64,000 bases of DNA from an uncultured Fibrobacterota bacterium. GTDB lineage: Bacteria; Fibrobacterota; Chitinivibrionia; Chitinivibrionales; FEN-1185. The stretch lies in contig CAVSQB010000008.1 of NCBI GenBank assembly GCA_963729895.1, forward strand, positions 32,001 to 96,000. Direction: 5' to 3'. The translations under genes and the position numbers were made by a program. Position 1 is the first letter of the stretch, and each line of letters opens with the position of its first letter. The notes beneath the pieces are model-generated. The model saw nothing but the letters and a program-made list of their open reading frames with translations. It was not told the DNA's origin and searched no databases. Below are positions 56,922-64,000 of the stretch, one piece after another.

Positions 56922-58712
56922 CTATATCGAGTAATCGGGAATGATCGCGATCTTTCTCAACTCGTTGCATATTGAATCGACCAAATCTTCGTCATCCAAG
57001 CTATTGTCAAGCTTCACCACCGCATCGCCGGAAAGACCGTGCCCGCCGATCGAAACAACCAGAATTTCGTTGGGCGTGTTCAATCTCCTTAAGATGGCGA
57101 CATCGTCCTCTTCCAGCTCCGGCAGCGCGGTGATGAACAGGTGCCCGCTGTCGGTGAGCACACGGGCAAGCTCGCCCAGGCGCATGATACGCTCCTCGCG
57201 CTGTTCGAATTCGTCAATCAGGTCCGAACCAAGCCCTTTGTCGAGCGCAGAACTTCCCAGGTAATAGGCAAGGTATTTTTCCGCAAAGAGGCGACGTTCC
57301 AATAATGCGCCGATGGCAAGGCATCGTGCAAACGGCTCTCCGGTGAGCACGATGAATTTGGACTTGTGACCGAAGCGGGTTTGCCGATCGGACGCCGATA
57401 ACCCGCCGTGGTCCCAATTGATCTCGCGACGCGTCACATGCTCGTCGAGGACCGAAGCGGTTTGCGCCACGGCATCGAGAATATTGCCGCCTCCGGCGAT
57501 TTCGTAGTTGTCGACGATAACGAATCTGCCCGTCGATGAGTTCTCGGAGCACCGGTCGAACGCCACCGGCTTTGTGGTTTCCAAAATGCACTCGGCCACG
57601 TCGTGGCGGTCCACCTGCTGCTTGTTGGTCACGGAAGTCAATTCCGATGCGTCTATTATCTTGATGATCTTGGACAATTGCGCCTGCACCCGAGCGGTCC
57701 CGATTTTCATCTTGTACCGTTTTCCTCTGACAAATGGCGCTTTCCCCATCCAGAATAAATTTGCTCTCATGCGGGTCCCCACGAGCGGCGGCGCTTCCCC
57801 GGCCCGGCACATGATCTCGCCCCGCTTCACATAGAGTTCGTCATGCAAAGTCACACCGGTCGCCCAGCCCGCGCTTATGGAGGATGAAGCGGATTTGTTG
57901 AAGGCCTCGATCGACTGTACGGTCGATTGCTTGCCGCTCGGGTGAAATACCACGGCATCGTTTACCCGGAGCGTTCCGGTTTCGACGGTCCCCACGAGCA
58001 CGCGCCGGTCGTCGCCGGATTCGGTGAATTTGTAAATGTCCTGCACCGGAAGCCGCAGGGGATGCGAATCTCTGGCAATCACCCGGGTAAATGAGTCTAT
58101 GTGCTCGAGCACCGTAGCCCCGTCGTACCATGCCGCCCTGGTTGCGATGTTCTCGCCTTTCTGGGCGCATATGGGGACAAACGCCATGGGCCGGACGCCG
58201 ATATCGCTCAGGAAATTCCGGTACTCGTTTTGGATCCGGCCGAACACCCCGAGATCATATCCCACCAGGTCCATCTTGTTCACCAGAACGACTATCTGCG
58301 TGAGCCCCAACATTGACAAAAGGTAGCCATGGCGCCGGGAGTTTTCCTTGATTCCCTCGTGCGCGTCGATCACCAGGAGGGCGGCCTGTGCCCGCGACGC
58401 GCCGGTGACCATGTTTTTGAGAAATTCAACATGCCCCGGCGCGTCGATAAGGATATAATCGCGTTTTGCGGTCTTGAAAAAGCTCCTGGCCGTGTCGATC
58501 GTGATCCCTTGCGCCTGCTCGTCCTTGAGGGCATCCAGGAGAAAGGCGTACTCGAACGGGCGCGCGTTGCGCAAACACATTTCCTTGACAGAATCGAGTT
58601 TCCCCTCCGGTAAAGATCCCGTATCCGCAAGCAAGCGGCCGATGACCGTGCTTTTCCCATGGTCGACATGGCCGGCAATGACGATGCTCAGCTGCTCCCT
58701 ATCGGACACCAT
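56922..58712 (-). CDS. cysN: Sulfate adenylyltransferase GTPase subunit CysN with degenerate C-terminal APS-kinase-like domain
   Basis: [43 protein letters not shown]-terminal domain lacks the P-loop. Confidence 0.9.
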   Translation of the reverse strand: MVSDREQLSIVIAGHVDHGKSTVIGRLLADTGSLPEGKLDSVKEMCLRNARPFEYAFLLDALKDEQAQGITIDTARSFFKTAKRDYILIDAPGHVEFLKNMVTGASRAQAALLVIDAHEGIKENSRRHGYLLSMLGLTQIVVLVNKMDLVGYDLGVFGRIQNEYRNFLSDIGVRPMAFVPICAQKGENIATRAAWYDGATVLEHIDSFTRVIARDSHPLRLPVQDIYKFTESGDDRRVLVGTVETGTLRVNDAVVFHPSGKQSTVQSIEAFNKSASSSISAGWATGVTLHDELYVKRGEIMCRAGEAPPLVGTRMRANLFWMGKAPFVRGKRYKMKIGTARVQAQLSKIIKIIDASELTSVTNKQQVDRHDVAECILETTKPVAFDRCSENSSTGRFVIVDNYEIAGGGNILDAVAQTASVLDEHVTRREINWDHGGLSASDRQTRFGHKSKFIVLTGEPFARCLAIGALLERRLFAEKYLAYYLGSSALDKGLGSDLIDEFEQREERIMRLGELARVLTDSGHLFITALPELEEDDVAILRRLNTPNEILVVSIGGHGLSGDAVVKLDNSLDDEDLVDSICNELRKIAIIPDYSI

Positions 58713-58732
58713 GGTTTCTCCTTTTGCGCCCG

Positions 58733-59614
58733 TCACATGTACCCGTCACGGCGGAGCGCTTCGAGCCCGCCGTTGTCTTCTTTGTCCTGCGCACGGCCCG
58801 ACCGTTCCGCGATGTTTGAAAATTTTCCGCTTCTGAGCTCTTCGATGATTTCCTTAACGTTCCTGCTTTCGGACTCGACCGTGAACGTGCAAGGGTAACA
58901 CCCGAGCGACCGGTACCGTTTGCCGCTCCCGTTATTGAAATACAACGGCACCACCGGAATGGTTTCGCGGTCGATATATTCCCAGATATTAAGTTCAGTC
59001 CAGTCCAGGAGCGGATGGATGCGCACATGAGTGCCGGGCGCAAAATCGGTCTTGAACTGGTTGAAGAGCTCCGGCGGCTGATCGGCTACGTCCCACTCGC
59101 TTTGCTTGTCGCGGGGAGAAAAATACCGTTCCTTGGATCGACTCCCCTCTTCGTCGGCTCGGGCGCCCACGATCACGCCAGTATACGGTTCTTTGTTGGT
59201 GTCCGGAACGTACTTCCGGAGCACGTGGTCCATGCGGAACCGCGCCCATTCACCCGAAAGCGTATGCTTAAGCGCCTCGCTTTTCAGAAGCTTGCAACAG
59301 GTAAGACGGTCGACTGCGCCGGCGGGGAACGTGGTTTTGTTCCGCAGCGCCTCCACGTTCTGGCCGTACACCATGTTGAGCTTCCAATCGAGGGCCAGCT
59401 TGTCACGGTATTCGATCATTTCCGGAATCTTGAAACTGGTGTCTATATGGACAAGAGGGAATGGAACGTGGCCGATAAACGCCTTTTTGGCCAGCCACAA
59501 CAGCACGGTGCTGTCCTTGCCGATCGACCATAGCATGCAGAGGTTTTTGAATTCGCGGTAAGCCTCCCGCAGGATGTACACGCTCCTGGATTCCAGACTT
59601 TCCAAATGGTCCAT
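58733..59614 (-). CDS. cysD: Sulfate adenylyltransferase subunit 2
   Basis: [39 protein letters not shown]. Confidence 0.93.
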   Translation of the reverse strand: MDHLESLESRSVYILREAYREFKNLCMLWSIGKDSTVLLWLAKKAFIGHVPFPLVHIDTSFKIPEMIEYRDKLALDWKLNMVYGQNVEALRNKTTFPAGAVDRLTCCKLLKSEALKHTLSGEWARFRMDHVLRKYVPDTNKEPYTGVIVGARADEEGSRSKERYFSPRDKQSEWDVADQPPELFNQFKTDFAPGTHVRIHPLLDWTELNIWEYIDRETIPVVPLYFNNGSGKRYRSLGCYPCTFTVESESRNVKEIIEELRSGKFSNIAERSGRAQDKEDNGGLEALRRDGYM

Positions 59615-59617
59615 GCG

Positions 59618-60355
59618 TCAGGCCTTTCCGATTGATTTATAAGAAGCGGGCCTGCTGTGCAGTCCGCACTCCTTATGGTCCGGCGATTCCCACCACCAGC
59701 GTCCCGACCGCACGTCGTCACCCTTGCCCACCGCCCTGGTACACGGCGCGCAACCGATACTACGAAACCCGATGGTGTAAAGCCGGTTGAAAGGAATGTT
59801 GTTCACCTTCATATACTGCCAGACCTGGTCTTCGGTCCACAATGCCAGGGGATTGATCTTGATCTTTTCAAACTGCGCGTCCCATTCGACGGTTTCCAGG
59901 CCGCTTCGGGTCATAGACTGGTCACGCCGCTGCCCGGTGATCCATGCACCCACGGACTCGAGCTTTTTTCGCAGCGGTCGGACTTTTCTGATGTCGCAAC
60001 ACAAGCGGCGATTTTCCACGCTTTCGTAGAACAGGTTGGGGCCTTTTTTCTCCACCATCGAGGCAACATCACCCGCATCCGGGACGCATTCTTCGATTGT
60101 TATCGAATAGATGTCTCTGGTCTGCTGCATCACATCATAGGTTTCTTGAAACATCCGTCCGGTGTCCAGGGTGAACACCCTGGCTTTGGGATTGTGCGAC
60201 CATACCATGTGGGTGAGCGCCTGGTCTTCGATACTGAAGCTCGTGGCAAGGATGATTTTTTCAGGACCGAAATAGTCGATTACGTTGGCGACCACGTCCG
60301 TAGCGCTCATCTCTCGCAACGCCGAGGCGAGCTCGTTAACTTCTTTGGAATTCAA
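59618..60355 (-). CDS. cysH: APS/PAPS reductase (Fe-S, APS-reducing type)
   Basis: LDTGR, CCDIRKV, SIGCAPCT, RSGRWWWE, KECGLH. Confidence 0.92.
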   Translation of the reverse strand: MNSKEVNELASALREMSATDVVANVIDYFGPEKIILATSFSIEDQALTHMVWSHNPKARVFTLDTGRMFQETYDVMQQTRDIYSITIEECVPDAGDVASMVEKKGPNLFYESVENRRLCCDIRKVRPLRKKLESVGAWITGQRRDQSMTRSGLETVEWDAQFEKIKINPLALWTEDQVWQYMKVNNIPFNRLYTIGFRSIGCAPCTRAVGKGDDVRSGRWWWESPDHKECGLHSRPASYKSIGKA

Positions 60356-60366
60356 CGTGTCCCCCC

Positions 60367-60645
60367 TTAAATATCGTACTCATGCCGTTGAAATTTCACC
60401 CTGCCGAAAGAGATGCGATTCCACAGCCTCTCGTGCCCATAGTACCAAAGGATCTTGGTAAAAATCTCAACAACGCCAATGGAGAGCGCGACTTTAATCT
60501 TCCCGGTAATAATCAATGATACTACTATAGTATCAAGCGTGCCTGTTAGCCTCCACGAAATTGCCTTCGCAATACTGCGATACGGTTTTTCGTGAATCAA
60601 GAATCCGTTTTGATCCTTTGTTCCCGGCGATTTTTTCACAGGCAC
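60367..60645 (-). CDS. DUF2061-domain small membrane protein
   Basis: EKPYRSIAKAISWR..GTLDT..E..TK..YYGHERLW; first gene of the cys operon; start uncertain. Confidence 0.8.
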   Translation of the reverse strand: MPVKKSPGTKDQNGFLIHEKPYRSIAKAISWRLTGTLDTIVVSLIITGKIKVALSIGVVEIFTKILWYYGHERLWNRISFGRVKFQRHEYDI

Positions 60646-60909
60646 TTCTCTGTGCTCCTTGTGCACGACATCTACCGTTGTAATCAACATTACCAGGACT
60701 TAGGCTCTGTTGACTGCAAATATAGTGCCGAGGTTCTATTCGAACGCCTTCAAAAATTGAATGGCCTGCCAAAAGAGAGGAACGAATGTGATAAGAGGAA
60801 TTCCGGATTTGCGAAAGGTTTCTGATTACCAAGAAAATGCGCGCTTACTGCTTGAGGTTGCCTCACACCCCGTGATTGTCCCCAAACAGGTTGGCCGATT
60901 TGCCGGTAC

Positions 60910-62178
60910 TCAAAGGCGTTTGCCCTTCTCCGTGCATGCCGCCTTTCTCAACATATCTCCATTTCCAATTTCCCCTTGCGCCTTCACGAGCACGAGCCTG
61001 TTTGTCAACGCGCGGCCGAGTCTGGTGCCCGCCATGTCGGCAATTTCCCTCACCGAAATCTCATAGGGCATATTCTCTCTCTTCACGGGCAGCACGTTGA
61101 GCGTATCGCCTTCGCAAAACGGATTCTTTACGTCCACGACGGCTTGCCCGCCCGGCAGAAGTTCCCGAACGACGCCCACAATCCGGATGTCCGGCAACGG
61201 CCTGCCGTCCGCGACGTCCTGCAACAGGTATTCGCCCGCATAAAATCCAGTTGTATAGGGGCGGTGATCGAGCCTTTCGAGCTCGGCAGTCCATTCGGGT
61301 TTCACCGTGTACGGATTCGAATTTCCGATGCTGTCCAGCGCTGCCCGGTAGACCTTGACAACCGAGGACACATAGTGCGCGCTCCTGTTCCGGCCCTCGA
61401 TTTTAACCGACGCGACCCCGGCGGCAACGATGCGGTCGAGGATAGGCAGGCAGCACAGGTCTTTGGAGTTGAACACAAACGCCCGCGCCGGCGTTCCTGG
61501 GTCTTCCCCGGTTTCCTCCACGGTATACCATTCCCCGTTCTCGGTTTCGTTGTCGTACATCGGCGACACCCGGTACCTGAAGCGGCACGGCTGGCGGCAG
61601 TCGCCCCGGTTCGGGTGCCTCGTCCCGGTGTACACGCCGAGCAGGCACCTGCCGGAGATCGAAACGCACATCGCGCCGTGAACAAACACCTCGATCTCCG
61701 TTTGCGAAGATCGGCACATCGAACCTATCTCGCGGAGCGCAAGCTCCCTCGGAAGAATAATCCGCCGAATCCCTTGTGCTGCCCAGAAGCGCGCGCTCGC
61801 GCTGTTAAAGGTCCCGGTCTGCGTACTCAAGTGAAGCGCAACGGACGCGGCATGTCTTTTGCACAGAGCAATGACGCCCGGATCGCTTACGATAAATGCG
61901 TGAGGCAGGCATTCCTTTTGGGAAAGTGTCACGAGGAGCGACTCGATGCCGGCAATCGCCGCGTCGTTCGGCATGGTATTGAGCGCGACATACACCTTTT
62001 TCCTCACACCACAAGCGGAGGTGATCAGGGTCTTAAGCTGTTCGGGCGTGGCATTCCGCGACCGGGCCCGCAGATTGTATTGACCCACGCCGATGTACAC
62101 GGCGTCGGCGCCATGGTCGAACGCGGCCCGCGCGCATTCAACGGTTGCTGCCGGCGCGAGCAATTCGGGAAGTTTCAT
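60910..62178 (-). CDS. U32-family peptidase-like protein (tRNA hydroxylation TrhP/YegQ type)
   Basis: PELLAPA, GADAVYIG, HLSTQ, EVFVHGAMCVSISGRCLL..NRGDCRQPCR, KIEGR. Confidence 0.88.
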   Translation of the reverse strand: MKLPELLAPAATVECARAAFDHGADAVYIGVGQYNLRARSRNATPEQLKTLITSACGVRKKVYVALNTMPNDAAIAGIESLLVTLSQKECLPHAFIVSDPGVIALCKRHAASVALHLSTQTGTFNSASARFWAAQGIRRIILPRELALREIGSMCRSSQTEIEVFVHGAMCVSISGRCLLGVYTGTRHPNRGDCRQPCRFRYRVSPMYDNETENGEWYTVEETGEDPGTPARAFVFNSKDLCCLPILDRIVAAGVASVKIEGRNRSAHYVSSVVKVYRAALDSIGNSNPYTVKPEWTAELERLDHRPYTTGFYAGEYLLQDVADGRPLPDIRIVGVVRELLPGGQAVVDVKNPFCEGDTLNVLPVKRENMPYEISVREIADMAGTRLGRALTNRLVLVKAQGEIGNGDMLRKAACTEKGKRL

Positions 62179-62214
62179 CGGGTGTTCCGGGAAAAGGATA
62201 CGCGGCGATTCTTC

Positions 62215-62700
62215 TTACTGTTGGTTTCCGACCGGCGCGGAGGGAACCGGCGCCGCGGAAGGCTGCTTGTGCTTGGCCGAATCGGCCGGGGCCGGTCTTG
62301 TTTCGAGCACCTGCTTGATGGCAGCTTCGTAGTCTTCCTTGGGACGCAGCCCGGTCAGCAGCAATACGACGGCCTTGTCCTTCACAAAGAATACGGCGGG
62401 GATGGCCGACACACGAAAATAAGCGGAGATCTTCCTGTTCACGTCCACATTGATCTTCATCACCTTGATCTTGCCCGCATACCGCTTCTTGAGATCTTCG
62501 ATCGTCGGACTCAGCATCCTGCACGGCATACACCAAGTCGCCCAAAAATCGATAACCACCGGCACCTTTGACCTCAAAATCTGATCGGCAAGTATATCCG
62601 ACGAATCGAAAGCCGCCGGCTCCTCCATGACGGGAGGCGGGAACTGTCCAAAGGCAAGTGTTCCCAAAAGAAAGAGATAAGAGAGTGCTTTGCGCGTCAT
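62215..62700 (-). CDS. Thioredoxin with N-terminal signal peptide
   Basis: IDFWATWCMPCRMLSP, VSAIP; hydrophobic N-terminus. Confidence 0.85.
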   Translation of the reverse strand: MTRKALSYLFLLGTLAFGQFPPPVMEEPAAFDSSDILADQILRSKVPVVIDFWATWCMPCRMLSPTIEDLKKRYAGKIKVMKINVDVNRKISAYFRVSAIPAVFFVKDKAVVLLLTGLRPKEDYEAAIKQVLETRPAPADSAKHKQPSAAPVPSAPVGNQQ

Positions 62701-62737
62701 TGTGCTCCACGGGTGTTGTACGTGATCCCGGCCATGG

Positions 62738-63754
62738 CTAATCTTCAGAACGGTCCGTCTGCTTCTTCCTGACCTCATTCATCCGCCGAATTTCGTTCTT
62801 CTTCTTCTCGTGTTCCTCGTTTGTCACCGAAAAATCGTGCGAGTTCGAACCGTCCCATTTTGCCACAAAGTAAAGGTCCTTGGTCTTTTCCGGGTACAAC
62901 GCCGCACGCAGGGACGCCAGGCCCGGCGAGCAGATGGGGCCCGGAGGAAGCCCGGCCCGGCGCCGGGTGTTGTACGGCGAGTCCGCCGACAAGTCGGACG
63001 CGAGCAGGGGACCCGAGAATTTCTTCAGCGCGAACCGGACCGTAGGATCTGCGCCGAGCGGGATTCCTTTGGCAAGCCGATTGTGAAACACTCCCGCGAT
63101 GCGGGGCCGTTCTTCTGCAAGCGTGGCTTCTTTTTCGATGATTGAGGCAAGGATGATTATTTGGTGCTTCGAAAGTTCCTGCGGCACGGAGTCGGGCGCC
63201 AGCGTCGCATACATGTCGACGCCGTGGTCCACCATTCGCTTTACAATATCGGAAGCTTTCACGTCGGCGGGGAAACGGTAGGTGTCCGGGAACAAGTATC
63301 CCTCCGGCGACGACGCGGGAATGCCGAGCCGCCGCAGAACCGCCTGATCGTTGCAGGCCGCCGCGAATTCCGCGGAATCCACGGAAAGCGCATTGCCCAT
63401 CACCGCCGCGGTTTGTTCCACGGTGAGTCCTTCGGGTACGGTGACCGTGATTTCGATGGGCTCCGCATGCAAAAACTTCTTGGCAGCGGAAATAATGCCT
63501 TCACCTTTATAGAGCACAACGCGGCCGGCCTGGATTTTCTTTTCCATGCCGGTAAGCCTCACCCAGAGGACAAATGCCGTTGACGAAGGAACAACGTGTT
63601 CGCGCATGAGCTTCCGGGCAATTACATGAATAGTGGCGCCTTTCTCGATCACAAATTCCACAGGCGTCCTTGTTGCCGCGAACGGAACAAAAAGATACAC
63701 CGCCGCGACGATGGGAAGCACGAGAAGGAAAAGAAAGATCTTGAGTTTTTGCAT
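62738..63754 (-). CDS. mltG: Endolytic transglycosylase MltG
   Basis: TVPEGLT, EGYLFPDTY, LASIIEKE, VFHNRL..ADPT, SPYNT..GLPPGPICSPG; start 63754 or 63865. Confidence 0.92.
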   Translation of the reverse strand: MQKLKIFLFLLVLPIVAAVYLFVPFAATRTPVEFVIEKGATIHVIARKLMREHVVPSSTAFVLWVRLTGMEKKIQAGRVVLYKGEGIISAAKKFLHAEPIEITVTVPEGLTVEQTAAVMGNALSVDSAEFAAACNDQAVLRRLGIPASSPEGYLFPDTYRFPADVKASDIVKRMVDHGVDMYATLAPDSVPQELSKHQIIILASIIEKEATLAEERPRIAGVFHNRLAKGIPLGADPTVRFALKKFSGPLLASDLSADSPYNTRRRAGLPPGPICSPGLASLRAALYPEKTKDLYFVAKWDGSNSHDFSVTNEEHEKKKNEIRRMNEVRKKQTDRSED

Positions 63755-64000
63755 GAGGCGAAACGTCCACAACGTGCCGTAGAACAAGTACCCGAGCGCC
63801 GCAACGAGATATATCGCACCCGTAAACCATGTGCGAGCGAGCGATTTCACGAAGAAGTTCTTCATGGCGGTTGCAGGGCGACCCGGGAGGACAACGGAGG
63901 CGCCATCTTATGCGTCAATATAGGGAAACCATTTCTTCCACAGAGTTTCTACCAGTCGGCATTGGCATCCTGCTTTCCGGAGGTGGTCTTACCGCTCGAG

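Overview
A roughly 55-60% GC bacterial chromosome segment from an anaerobic diderm. The gene content and T9SS-CTD-like tails suggest an FCB-group or Fibrobacterota-like organism, but this is inference only. Housekeeping genes: 3' part of dnaA, kdsD-like SIS isomerase, nadB, rpsU, ybeY, hisG, arfB, mltG, a U32 peptidase and tRNA-Val(CAC). Energy and sulfur metabolism: etfB with a ferredoxin-fused etfA, a complete echABCDEF hydrogenase operon, a divergent rnfCD(G)EAB operon whose rnfG is a 68-aa stub, and a cysH-cysD-cysN(C)-cysK operon ending in an 1132-aa sulfite reductase/GltD-like/ferredoxin fusion. One intact IS1182-family element sits in the GTT core of an attC-like site. The most unusual feature is a bipartite structured repeat, end A followed by end B, present four times in the same order and relative orientation. 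Three copies are empty; one brackets a 1.8-kb secreted-protein gene with its own promoter. The interior hairpins of A and B differ between copies in sequence while base pairing is kept. This looks like a non-autonomous, cargo-carrying element or a structured-RNA cassette system. Product names come from motif recognition, not database searches.
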